Source: Candidatus Nanohaloarchaea archaeon | Lineage (GTDB): Archaea; Nanohalarchaeota; Nanosalinia; Nanosalinales; Nanosalinaceae | Assembly: GCA_042217585.1 (NCBI GenBank) | Contig: JBDGSJ010000008.1 | Location: 1 to 47,232, forward strand | DNA length: 47,232 bases | Direction of reading: 5' to 3' | Part shown: piece by piece, positions 38,211 to 47,232 of the stretch | Layout: the number at the start of each line of letters is the position of its first letter | Position numbering within the stretch: the first letter of the stretch is position 1 | Program-made: the position numbers and the translations under genes | Notes under the pieces: model-generated | The model's input: the letters and a program-made list of their open reading frames with translations, nothing else | Databases searched by the model: none | Told to the model about the DNA's origin: nothing

Positions 38211-40250
38211 ATGAAGGACCTGTTTCTCCCGGAGAAAGTCGCGGTCGTAGGAGCCTCCAGAGAGGAGGGTAAGACCGGCCACGAGGTCTTCGACAACCTG
38301 ATGCACGAGTTCGAGGGCGAGGTGGTCCCGGTGAACCCAAACGCGGAAGAGATACACGGATACGAGTGCCGGGACGAGGTCCCGCAGGACGCGGACCTCG
38401 CGGTGGTCGTGGTCCCCGCCTCGATAGTCCCTGACGTGCTGGAGGACTGCGGGGAGAAAGGTGTCGGGGCCGCGGCGGTGATATCCGCGGGCTTCTCCGA
38501 GACCGGTAACCAGGAGCTCGAGGACGAGATAAGGGATATAGCGGAGGAGCACGGCATCGAGATGCTTGGTCCGAACGTCCTCGGGCTGATAAACACGGAG
38601 AACTCGATGAACGCCTCGTTCGCCTCGAAGATGCCGGAGTCAGGCGACATGAGCTTCATGTCCCAGTCCGGGGCGTTCTGCACCGCGATACTGGATTACT
38701 CGAAGGTCGAGCACATCGGCTTCAGGCACTTCGTATCGCTCGGGAACAAGGCGATGCTGAACGAGGTGGACTTCCTGAGGCACTGGAGGGAAGACCCCTC
38801 CGACGCGGTCCTCGCCTACACCGAAGGTATACAGGACGGAAGGGAGTTCATGGAGGAGGCGAGGAAGACCTCAGAGGAGAAGCCGATAGTGATGATCAAG
38901 TCCGGCAGGACCGAGAAGGGAGGAGAGGCGGCGTCATCCCACACAGGGAGCATCGCCGGCAGTTACCAAGCCTACCAGGCCGCGTTCAGGAAATCAGGTA
39001 TAATAGAGGCGGAGTCGAACCGCGAGCTCCTCGACTTCGGCCGGGCGTTCTCCTACCAGCCGGTCCCTGAAGGCGACTCCATCGCGGTCATAACCAACGC
39101 CGGAGGACCCGGCGTCGTGACCGCTGACGAGGTATCACAGCGGGGACTTGAACTCGCCGAATTCTCCGAGGATACAGGTGAAAGGCTTGAACAGGTCCTC
39201 CCGGATGAGGGCACGGTCCACAACCCTCTGGACGTGATCGGGGATGCGGGACACGAGAGGTACAGGGGGGCGCTGGACGCCGTGCTGGAGGACCCCGGCG
39301 TGGACTCGGTGCTGGTGCTCCTGACCCCGCAGGCGAACACGGAGATAGAGAAGACCGCCAGCACCATCGTGAAGGCGCAGAAGGGATCGGAGAAGCCGGT
39401 CTTCGCCTGCTTCATGGGAGAGGAGGACGTCCAGCCCGGCGCCGAGATACTTGAGGAGGGCGACGTCCCGGATTTCCAGGATCCTGTCGACGCCATCAAG
39501 GCGTTCCGGGCGATGGCTGACTACAGGGATTTCCTCGAAAGGTCCGAGACCGAGAGAGAGGTCGAAAGGGACGAGGAAAGGGCGAGAGATGCGCTCGAGG
39601 ACTACTCGGGTTACAGGGACGGCGAGGAGCTCCTGAAGGCGTACGGCTTCTCGGTCCCGCTCACAGAGATCGCCGGAAGCCCTGTGGAGGCGACTGAATC
39701 CGCAGCCAGCGTCGGTTATCCGGTGGTGATGAAGGTCGAGTCCGAGGATATAGGTCACAAGACCGACATGGGAGGGATCAGGACCGGTCTTGAAGAGCGT
39801 GAAGAGGTAGAAGAGGCCTACAGGGAGATAATGGAGAACGCCAGCGTGGAGAGGCCGGACGCGGAGATAGAGGGCGTACAGGTCCAGGAGGAGATGGACG
39901 GCCTGGAGGTCGCTCTCGGTCTACAGAAGGATCCGCAGTTCGGCCCGATGGTCATGGTCGGCCTCGGCGGGATATACATAGAGGCTCTTCACGACGTCTC
40001 CTTCGGGATCGCACCCATAACCGAGGAGGAGGCGGACCGGATGACACGCGAGCTCCGATCCCATGAACTGTTCGAGGGGGTCAGGGGAGAGGAATACGCA
40101 CTCGACGCCCTGAAGGATGCCATCGTGAGGCTTGGTCAGGTAGGACTGGACCACGGCGAGATAACCTCGATGGATATCAACCCTCTCATCCTGAAGCAGG
40201 ACGATGCCTACGTCGCCGACATCGAGGTAGAGCTGGCCGAAACTGATTAA
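38211..40250 (+). CDS. acdAB: ADP-forming acetate--CoA ligase (fused alpha-beta)
   Basis: 'VAVVGAS', 'GPNVLG', 'SQSGA', 'SHTGS', 'TNAGGPGV', ATP-grasp 'HKTDMGG', 'DPQFGP', 'DINP'. Confidence 0.92.
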   Translation: MKDLFLPEKVAVVGASREEGKTGHEVFDNLMHEFEGEVVPVNPNAEEIHGYECRDEVPQDADLAVVVVPASIVPDVLEDCGEKGVGAAAVISAGFSETGNQELEDEIRDIAEEHGIEMLGPNVLGLINTENSMNASFASKMPESGDMSFMSQSGAFCTAILDYSKVEHIGFRHFVSLGNKAMLNEVDFLRHWREDPSDAVLAYTEGIQDGREFMEEARKTSEEKPIVMIKSGRTEKGGEAASSHTGSIAGSYQAYQAAFRKSGIIEAESNRELLDFGRAFSYQPVPEGDSIAVITNAGGPGVVTADEVSQRGLELAEFSEDTGERLEQVLPDEGTVHNPLDVIGDAGHERYRGALDAVLEDPGVDSVLVLLTPQANTEIEKTASTIVKAQKGSEKPVFACFMGEEDVQPGAEILEEGDVPDFQDPVDAIKAFRAMADYRDFLERSETEREVERDEERARDALEDYSGYRDGEELLKAYGFSVPLTEIAGSPVEATESAASVGYPVVMKVESEDIGHKTDMGGIRTGLEEREEVEEAYREIMENASVERPDAEIEGVQVQEEMDGLEVALGLQKDPQFGPMVMVGLGGIYIEALHDVSFGIAPITEEEADRMTRELRSHELFEGVRGEEYALDALKDAIVRLGQVGLDHGEITSMDINPLILKQDDAYVADIEVELAETD

Positions 40251-40273
40251 GTAGTTGGCACGGAACCGCCGGT

Positions 40274-41431
40274 ATGGTAGACAGGGAGAAAGCTCTGGAG
40301 ACTCATTCTGAAAACCCGGGAAAGATAACTGTGGAGCCCTCGATGGAACTGGAGTCGAGGGAGGACCTGGACTACGTCTACACGCCGGGCGTCGCGGAGC
40401 CGTGCCGGGAGATCGACTCGGACCGGGAAAAGGTTTACGACTACACCTCGAAGGGGAACCTGGTGGCGGTCGTCTCCGACGGTTCGGCGGTCCTCGGACT
40501 GGGAGACATAGGTCCTGAAGCCTCGATGCCGGTCATGGAGGGAAAGGCGAACCTGATGAAGAAGTTCGGTGACGTGGACGGCTTCCCGCTGGTCCTCGAC
40601 TCCGACGAAGAGGGGATAGTCGAGACCGTCGAGAGGATGGCTCCCGGGTTCGGCGCCGTCAACCTCGAGGACATCAGGGCGCCGAGATGCTTCCGCGTCG
40701 AACAGGAACTGAAGCAGAAGCTGGACATACCCGTTTTCCACGACGACCAGCACGGGACCGCGATAGTTGTACTCGCGGCCCTGAGGAACGCGCTGGAGCT
40801 CGTCGATAAAGACCTCGAGGACTCCAGGATAGTGGTCCTCGGGATGGGAGCCGCGGGCTACGCCGTCACGAAGTTCCTCGGTTCAGCCGGCGCCGAAAAG
40901 ATACTGCCGCTGGACTCCTCCGGTATACTGGATGAGGACCGTGAGGAAGATTACAAGAGGGAGATAGCCCGCGAGACAGCGGCTTCAGAAGTTTCAGGAG
41001 GTCTCGAGGAAGCCATGGAGGGTGCGGACGTCCTGATAGGTCTCTCCACGGGAGGGATAGTCTCGGGGGAGATGGTACGGTCCATGGAAGACGATGCGGT
41101 GGTCTTCGCCCTGGCCAACCCTGAGCCGGAGATACTTCCACGGGAGGCGAGGGAGGCAGGAGCCGCGATAACCGCGACCGGTAGGTCCGACTTCGACAAC
41201 CAGGTGAACAACTCGCTGGCGTTCCCGGGAGTTTTCAGGGGTGCCCTGGACGCCCGGGCCCGGGAGATAAACGAGGAGATGAAGATCGCTGCCTCCGAGG
41301 CTATATCGGATTTCATCGAGCCTGAAAGGGACAGCATAGTCCCGGAGACCGTGGACCGCGAGCTCGCGATGGAGATAGCGGACCGCGTCAGGGAGGCGGC
41401 GAGGGAATCCGGAGCGGCGGAAGGACAGTGA
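40274..41431 (+). CDS. NAD(P)-dependent malic enzyme
   Basis: 'YTPGVA', 'PVMEGKA', 'NLEDIRAPRCF', 'FHDDQHGTA', 'FALANPEPEI', 'NQVNN'. Confidence 0.94.
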   Translation: MVDREKALETHSENPGKITVEPSMELESREDLDYVYTPGVAEPCREIDSDREKVYDYTSKGNLVAVVSDGSAVLGLGDIGPEASMPVMEGKANLMKKFGDVDGFPLVLDSDEEGIVETVERMAPGFGAVNLEDIRAPRCFRVEQELKQKLDIPVFHDDQHGTAIVVLAALRNALELVDKDLEDSRIVVLGMGAAGYAVTKFLGSAGAEKILPLDSSGILDEDREEDYKREIARETAASEVSGGLEEAMEGADVLIGLSTGGIVSGEMVRSMEDDAVVFALANPEPEILPREAREAGAAITATGRSDFDNQVNNSLAFPGVFRGALDARAREINEEMKIAASEAISDFIEPERDSIVPETVDRELAMEIADRVREAARESGAAEGQ

Positions 41432-41458
41432 AATAAAGTTCGAGGTGAATTACCAGTC

Positions 41459-42346
41459 ATGGACGAAGACACGAGGAAGAAATACGTGGAAGCCGGTGAA
41501 GCGGTCCAGGACGCCAGAGAGGTGGCGCGAGAGGTCGCTGAACCCGGCACCAACCTCAAGGTCATAGCGGACAGGATAGAGGAAGAGATAAGGGAGAAGG
41601 GACTGGAGCCTGCCTTCCCGGTCAACCTCTCCATAGACGAGGAGGCGGCGCATTACACGCCGGGGAACTCCGAGGACCGCGAACTCGGGCCAGAGGACGT
41701 CCTGAAGATAGACATAGGTGCGCACTCGGACGGTTTCATAGCTGACACCGCTCTGACCGTGAACCCATCGGGTAACAGGTCGGAGATGGTCGAGGCGGTC
41801 GAGGAGGTCCTGGAGAAGGCGCTGGAGTTCATCGAGCCCGGCGTGAAGCTGTCCGAGTTCGGCTCCTACGTTGAGGGCCAGGTCCCGGATGAGTACAACG
41901 TGGTCCAGAACCTCACCGGCCACTACCTCGGGAAGTACACCCAGCACGCGGGCGTTTCCATACCGAACGTCTCCACCGCCTCGGGCCACGTCATCGAGAA
42001 GGGGGACGCCTTCGCCATCGAGCCCTTCATCACGGACGGCGCGGGAAAGGTCAAGGAGGGAAAGAAAGGGAACATCTACAAGCTGGAGGAGGACCGCGGC
42101 GTTAGGGGCAGGCACCAGAGAAAGCTTCTCGGACAGGTGAAGGACTTCAACGGACTGCCCTTCACGACCAGGTGGATCGACGGGTTCGGCGGCCGGCAGA
42201 AGATGGCGATGAAGAAGCTCGTGGACTCAGGGATAGTTCACTCATACCCGGTCCTGAAGGAGGTCGAGGACGGCGTGGTGGCGCAGGCGGAGCACACCGT
42301 AGTCCTGACCGATGAAGGCGAGAAGATAATCACGACGAGGCGCTAG
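41459..42346 (+). CDS. map: Type II methionine aminopeptidase
   Basis: 'AFPVNLS', 'AAHYTP', 'KIDIGAHSDGFIADTA', 'NLTGH', 'AIEPF', 'AQAEHTV'. Confidence 0.96.
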   Translation: MDEDTRKKYVEAGEAVQDAREVAREVAEPGTNLKVIADRIEEEIREKGLEPAFPVNLSIDEEAAHYTPGNSEDRELGPEDVLKIDIGAHSDGFIADTALTVNPSGNRSEMVEAVEEVLEKALEFIEPGVKLSEFGSYVEGQVPDEYNVVQNLTGHYLGKYTQHAGVSIPNVSTASGHVIEKGDAFAIEPFITDGAGKVKEGKKGNIYKLEEDRGVRGRHQRKLLGQVKDFNGLPFTTRWIDGFGGRQKMAMKKLVDSGIVHSYPVLKEVEDGVVAQAEHTVVLTDEGEKIITTRR

Positions 42347-42864
42347 ACCTCGCAGACCTCGGGGTCTCCGCTCATGCTCATCGCGAACGCTATAAGCATG
42401 ACGCCGCCGGCGCGGACCAGGTTGCCGTCGAGAGGAAGGTTGCTGAAAACCCCTCCGAGACCCATGAACGCAAGAAGGCCTGCTCCACAGCTCGCACATC
42501 CTGACGCGGTGACTCCGGGTAAGACGCTGGCAAGATTCTTCAGCCCGCTTCCCGTGGACCTCAGCTGTACGCCCAGGTTGGTCAGAGCCGCTCCTGCACC
42601 CAGAGAGTACAGTGAGGTGAGTCCGAGTCCCAGCATCCCCGAGTTCCATATAAGGCTGGAGAGGCGGGTCCTGAAAGCCAGCGCCCAGAACTCCGTCCCT
42701 GCCGTCAGCAGGTCGATAGAGTACCCAGGATTGGTGGAGAACACGGCCACGGCGAAAACCAGCGCCGAGAGAAAAGCGGTGGAAAGAAGCCTCATCGGGG
42801 AGCTTACCGACGCGCGGGCCGCCCTTCTGACCTTCCCTGCTCGTTTGGTCAGCCTGAGGTTCAT
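42343..42864 (-). CDS. Membrane protein with an intramembrane CxxC
   Basis: About four TM helices, 'GCASCG' and a C-terminal Cys; ATGA overlap with the upstream DsbA gene. Confidence 0.75.
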   Translation of the reverse strand: MNLRLTKRAGKVRRAARASVSSPMRLLSTAFLSALVFAVAVFSTNPGYSIDLLTAGTEFWALAFRTRLSSLIWNSGMLGLGLTSLYSLGAGAALTNLGVQLRSTGSGLKNLASVLPGVTASGCASCGAGLLAFMGLGGVFSNLPLDGNLVRAGGVMLIAFAMSMSGDPEVCEV

Positions 42865-43757
42865 GACTCCGATAGCTTGGACTCTATCACGCTTTTGATC
42901 CGGCTGTACGGCTGTGCCCCTGATATCTTCGTGTATCCGGTCTCCTCGTTTCCTATAAGGAAGGTCGGTGTTCCCGCCTTCGGGAGGGCATTTTCTATGC
43001 TCTGGTAATCGTTTCTGAGCTCCGTGAAATCTGTGGTCTTCACGCACTGCACCAGGGCGGTGCTGTTGGCTCCCACGTCGTTCGCTATGCTCCTGAAGGT
43101 GCTGTAAGGCTGGTTCTGACCGCTCTGCATCCAGCTGTCACGTCGTTTGTATAGCTGGGAGTTGAAGTCCCAGTAGTAGCTTTCCTTCTGCTTCCTTGCG
43201 CAGTTGGCGGCCTGGTGTGCCAGCGGCGAGTTCGGGTGGGCGGGATAGTCCTTGTAGATGAACTGGACCTTTCCCGGATCGATGTAGTTCCTCTTTATCT
43301 TCTGGAAGGAGTCGTCGCGGTCCACCGTGTATCCCTGGCGTGGTATCGCGTTTACACCGTACCACTCCGCACAGTACGGGCATCCGTAGTCGCTTATCTC
43401 GATTATCTTCACGGGTGCGTCGTCAGGACCCAGCGCGGGTTCGTCCTCTATGCCTATCTGCTTCGCGATGGATTTCTGCGGTCCCGTGCTGTTCGCCGCT
43501 GCAATCGATGGACCGAGCATCCCCGAGCTGTATGCCAGGGATGTCAGCAGGGCACCGAGGATCAGACCTGTCAGGGCGGAAGCCGCTGCCACCTGTCTGA
43601 TATCGAGGAACACCCCTCTCTCCCCGGAGCCTTCATCATCTTCGCTTTCCTCATCGTTCTTCCTGTGGGACCGGGACTGGTGGACGTGGAGACCTCTCTT
43701 CGAGTCGTATGTCTCCCCGCATATCTGGCACTTGAACTCGTCTTTTTCCTCGGACAT
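42861..43757 (-). CDS. Second DsbA-family oxidoreductase with an N-terminal C2H2 zinc finger and TM anchor
   Basis: 'CQIC...HQSRSH', one TM helix, 'SDYGCPYC', 'GTPTFLIG', 'SGAQPY'. Confidence 0.88.
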   Translation of the reverse strand: MSEEKDEFKCQICGETYDSKRGLHVHQSRSHRKNDEESEDDEGSGERGVFLDIRQVAAASALTGLILGALLTSLAYSSGMLGPSIAAANSTGPQKSIAKQIGIEDEPALGPDDAPVKIIEISDYGCPYCAEWYGVNAIPRQGYTVDRDDSFQKIKRNYIDPGKVQFIYKDYPAHPNSPLAHQAANCARKQKESYYWDFNSQLYKRRDSWMQSGQNQPYSTFRSIANDVGANSTALVQCVKTTDFTELRNDYQSIENALPKAGTPTFLIGNEETGYTKISGAQPYSRIKSVIESKLSES

Positions 43758-43815
43758 GTTCTTGAATTCTCCAGAGCTGTTAATAAGGAGAAGGGTTACT
43801 GGCGGGAAACCCGGA

Positions 43816-46089
43816 TCAGGCGTAGTAATCCGGTGTTCCGCCGCCGTCCTCGTTCTCGAGGTCCTTCATCTTCTCCATCATCCGCTCGTACCGCTCCCTG
43901 TTCTCCTCGTTGGCGGTGGGCTTCACTTCCTTCATCGCTTCCTCGAAGTCATCCATCCGGACCTCCTCGGACTCGTCGTTCTCTCTGAGGGCGTGGAGTC
44001 CTGCCTCACGGGCTATGGACTCGATGTCGCTCCCCACGTAGCCCTCGGACCTCTCCGCCAGGCTTTCAAGGTCCACGTCGTCGGCCAGCGGCATGTCGCG
44101 CGTGTGGATGTCGAAGATCCTCTTCCGGGCTTCAAGGTCCGGTACGGGTATCTCCATCGACCTGTCTATCCTTCCCGGCCTGGTGACCGCGGGGTCGATT
44201 ATATCCGGCCTGTTCGTCGCGGCGATCACCGTGACGCCCTCAAGCGACTCTATGCCGTCCAGCTCTGTGAGGAGCTGGTTGACGACCCTGTCTCCTGCTC
44301 CCGAGTCCATCCTTGAACCTCTCTGCGGGGCTATCGAGTCGATCTCGTCGATGAACAGTATGCAGGGTGCGACCTGTCGCGCCTTCTTGAACACTTCGCG
44401 GACCGCTTCCTCGGATTCACCGACGTACTTGGAGAAGACCTCGGGACCCTTTATGGATATGAAGTTGGCGTTGGCCTCGTTCGCGACGGCCTTCGCGAGC
44501 AGAGTCTTCCCGGTCCCCGGCATCCCGTACAGCAGTATCCCGGTCGGGACATCGATACCCATCTTCTCGAACCTCTCGGGGTATTCCTGGGGCCATTCCG
44601 CCATTTCCCTCAGGCGTTCCTTGGTCTCCTCGAGACCGCCGACGTCGTCCCATGAGACCTTCGGGACCTCGACCATGACCTCTCTCATCTGCGACGGCTC
44701 GACGGACCGCATCCCGTCTATCATCGCGTCGCGGTCCACGACCAGTCTCTCCAGGACCTCGGAGGGTATCTCCTCGTCCATGTCTATCTCCGGGAGTATC
44801 TCCCGCAGAGTGGACATCGCCGCCTCCTTCGCGAGCGCCTCCAGGTCCGCACCGACGTAGCCGTGGGTCTTGTCAGCGATCTCGTCGAGGTCCACGTCGT
44901 CCTCCAGCGGCATGTTCCGTGTGTGTATCTGGAGGATCTCCTTCCTGCCGCTGCGGTTCGGGACGCCGACTTCTATCTCACGGTCGAACCGTCCACCTCT
45001 TCTCAGCGCGGGGTCGATGCCGTCGATCCGGTTGGTCGCGGCGATGACTATGACGTTCTCACGTTCCTCGAGTCCGTCCATCTCGCTCAGCAGGGTCGCG
45101 ACGACCCTTCTCTCTACTTCGCCTCCGGTCTCGCCACGCTTCGGAGCTATAGCGTCTATCTCGTCGATGAATATTATCGCCGGGGAGTCCTCAGAGGCTT
45201 CCTCGAACTTTTCACGGAGCTGTTTCTCTGATTCGCCGTAGTACTTGCTCATTATCTCTGGTCCGTCGATGGAGAGGAACGTGGCGTCGGCCTCGTTCGC
45301 GACGGCCTTCGCGAGCAGTGTCTTTCCCGTCCCTGGAGGTCCGTGGAGGAGCACGCCGGAAGGAGCGTTTATCCCGAGCTGCTGGAAGACCTCCGGGTGC
45401 TTCAGCGGTAGCTCTATCATCTCCCGGACCTTCTGGACTTCCTCATCCAGTCCTCCGATGTCCTCGTATGTTACCTCTGGTACCTTTACCTGCGACTGCT
45501 CCGGTTCTACTGCCTGCTGTTTCATCTCGATCTCCGTCTTCTCCGTTATCTTGACGACTCCGCCAGGATCGGTGCTGACGACAGTCAATTTTGTTTCGCC
45601 GAAGGAGAACCTGAACTGGTCTCCTCCCATGTCGAACATGTCATCGAAAAGCGACTGAGGTCCGTCTCCCCTTCCGGGGACCACTATGTCGCCCTCTGTG
45701 ACGACCCTTCCGCCGAGCCCTCGCTTGAAGATGTTGGGGTTGCTGACCTGCAGCATCACGCCCTCTTCCGCGGGCGCAAGCACCACTTTTTCGGCTTCTT
45801 TCATCTCCGCCTTCTGGACCTTCACGGTCTCCCCCAGCGAGGTCCCGGCGTTCTTCCTCATGTAGCCATCCATCCGGGCTATACCGAGTCCCTTGTCCGC
45901 GGGGTAGCTCCTGGCGACTATACCTGCCGTGTCGCGGTCTCCCTGTATCTTGACCGCGTCGCCCTCGCGGACGTTTATCTCTTCCATGATTTTGCTGTCT
46001 ATCCGGACTATCCCCTGCCCGACGTCCTGCTGGGCGTTGGGCGGGACTTCGCCGACCTTCAGTTTGACCTCTTTGTTTTCGTCAGTCAT
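43816..46089 (-). CDS. cdc48: Cdc48/VCP-type AAA+ ATPase
   Basis: N-domain plus two AAA modules: '[23 protein letters not shown]' and '[21 protein letters not shown]'. Confidence 0.96.
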   Translation of the reverse strand: MTDENKEVKLKVGEVPPNAQQDVGQGIVRIDSKIMEEINVREGDAVKIQGDRDTAGIVARSYPADKGLGIARMDGYMRKNAGTSLGETVKVQKAEMKEAEKVVLAPAEEGVMLQVSNPNIFKRGLGGRVVTEGDIVVPGRGDGPQSLFDDMFDMGGDQFRFSFGETKLTVVSTDPGGVVKITEKTEIEMKQQAVEPEQSQVKVPEVTYEDIGGLDEEVQKVREMIELPLKHPEVFQQLGINAPSGVLLHGPPGTGKTLLAKAVANEADATFLSIDGPEIMSKYYGESEKQLREKFEEASEDSPAIIFIDEIDAIAPKRGETGGEVERRVVATLLSEMDGLEERENVIVIAATNRIDGIDPALRRGGRFDREIEVGVPNRSGRKEILQIHTRNMPLEDDVDLDEIADKTHGYVGADLEALAKEAAMSTLREILPEIDMDEEIPSEVLERLVVDRDAMIDGMRSVEPSQMREVMVEVPKVSWDDVGGLEETKERLREMAEWPQEYPERFEKMGIDVPTGILLYGMPGTGKTLLAKAVANEANANFISIKGPEVFSKYVGESEEAVREVFKKARQVAPCILFIDEIDSIAPQRGSRMDSGAGDRVVNQLLTELDGIESLEGVTVIAATNRPDIIDPAVTRPGRIDRSMEIPVPDLEARKRIFDIHTRDMPLADDVDLESLAERSEGYVGSDIESIAREAGLHALRENDESEEVRMDDFEEAMKEVKPTANEENRERYERMMEKMKDLENEDGGGTPDYYA

Positions 46090-46436
46090 TCGAGTTCACC
46101 TTTAGTATCGTCATTTTCCGTCCTTATCTCCTCGAGTATCTCCTTCTCCTCCACTATAACCGTGAACACGTGGTGAGAGACCTTCCCGGTCCAGTCCATC
46201 AGGTATTCCTTCACCGGTCCTATCTGCTCCTGCGGTATGATGAACACGGAGTCGTCGATCCGGACGTTCGGGACCTCGTCGAGGATCCCCTCCTTGTCGT
46301 ACTCGTAGACCTTGCCGTTCCTCTTCACGGTCTGTGTGTATCCGAAAAGCCCGCGGTAGAACTTGTTCCTCTCGTAAACCGACTCGAAGTTCTCCCTTTT
46401 CGTGTTGTATGTCAGCAGCGAGCATTTCCGGGACAT
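46086..46436 (-). CDS. Hypothetical protein, possibly with a Cas2/VapD-like ferredoxin fold
   Basis: ATG 46436 ([13 protein letters not shown]...); ATGA overlap with cdc48. The longer ORF-track N-terminus is antisense to radB. Confidence 0.7.
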   Translation of the reverse strand: MSRKCSLLTYNTKRENFESVYERNKFYRGLFGYTQTVKRNGKVYEYDKEGILDEVPNVRIDDSVFIIPQEQIGPVKEYLMDWTGKVSHHVFTVIVEEKEILEEIRTENDDTKGELE

Positions 46437-46542
46437 AGTTACCAGTTGGTTCGGAAGGTTTATATGGATTTTTATACACGTCCGTAAAAAATTCTGCCGG
46501 GGAGGGTGGATGGATAAAAGGTTTCGAAACGGGTTTAGGGCT

Positions 46543-47232
46543 GTGGAAGTCGAGAGGATCGCCACGGGCTGCGAATCGATAGACTCCCTCCTGAAGGGAG
46601 GTATAGAGAAAGGTATAATCACCAACGTTTTCGGCGGTTCGGGGTCCGGCAAGACCAATTTCTGCATCCAGCTTGCCGCGAGGATGACATCGCAGGGGGA
46701 AAAAGTCGCCTTCATAGATACAGAGGGAGGTTTCTCGCCAGAGAGGTTCATGCAGCTCGCGGATGAGGAGGCGCTGGACAACCTGCTGGTCCGGGACCCG
46801 GTGGATTTCGAACAGCAGCAGGAGGCGATAGAGGAGCTTTCAGATGTGGTCCAGGAGCAGGACGTGAAGATGATAGTGGTCGACTCGATGGTCTCGCTCT
46901 ACCGGCTGAAGGTGAACGGAGACAACGTGTCAGAGATCAACCAGCAGCTCTCCGAACAGCTCTCCGAGCTATCCCGCCTCGCACGGACCCATGACATCCC
47001 GGTGATGATCACCAACCAGGTCTACACCAGCTTCGACGAGGAGGGCACCGAGCTCGTGGGAAGGGACGTGCCGAGGTACTGGTCCAAATGCCTCCTCGAA
47101 CTTTCAGAGGACGACAGCAACGTCAGGAAGCTGAGGGTGGAGAAGCACCGGTCGATGCCGGAGGACCGCACCACGAGGTTCCAGATAACCGACGACGGGC
47201 TGGAGTCGCCGGACGAGAAAGGGCTGTTCTGA
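46543..47232 (+). CDS. radB: RadA paralog RadB
   Basis: 'IATGCESIDSLLKGG', 'GGSGSGKT', 'FIDTEGGFSPER', 'SLYR', 'KHR'; no N-terminal HhH domain. Start GTG 46543 or ATG 46510. Confidence 0.93.
   Translation: MEVERIATGCESIDSLLKGGIEKGIITNVFGGSGSGKTNFCIQLAARMTSQGEKVAFIDTEGGFSPERFMQLADEEALDNLLVRDPVDFEQQQEAIEELSDVVQEQDVKMIVVDSMVSLYRLKVNGDNVSEINQQLSEQLSELSRLARTHDIPVMITNQVYTSFDEEGTELVGRDVPRYWSKCLLELSEDDSNVRKLRVEKHRSMPEDRTTRFQITDDGLESPDEKGLF

Overview
Gene-dense archaeal chromosome segment. The strongly acidic proteins, archaeal histones, RadA/RadB, RPA, PolB, Cdc48 and GGTGA-type RBSs point to an extreme halophile; the compact layout and the fermentative PDH/ADP-forming acetyl-CoA synthetase block suggest Nanohaloarchaeota (inference). 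Housekeeping content: RPA-radA, two histones, an M29 aminopeptidase, grpE/dnaK/dnaJ, polB, an Ogg-like glycosylase, a P2A ATPase, pdhABCD, acdAB, malic enzyme, map, cdc48 and radB. There is also a copper/thiol-redox cluster and an orphan-rich island (about 5.6-11.4 kb). Three signals stand out, all largely non-coding. (1) A 1.1-kb locus (9789-10928) is bounded by diverged inverted repeats carrying seven TGTT-N11-AACA palindromes and encloses a frameshifted coiled-coil gene. (2) A 22-bp motif occurs three times inside that locus and once over the start codon of a winged-helix gene 7 kb away, making a candidate origin- or centromere-like site with an autoregulated binder. (3) A highly structured minus-strand RNA of about 300 nt with its own TATA box leads into an unannotated 38-codon ORF. 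I saw no tRNA, rRNA, CRISPR array or transposase. All calls are by eye; no searches were run.
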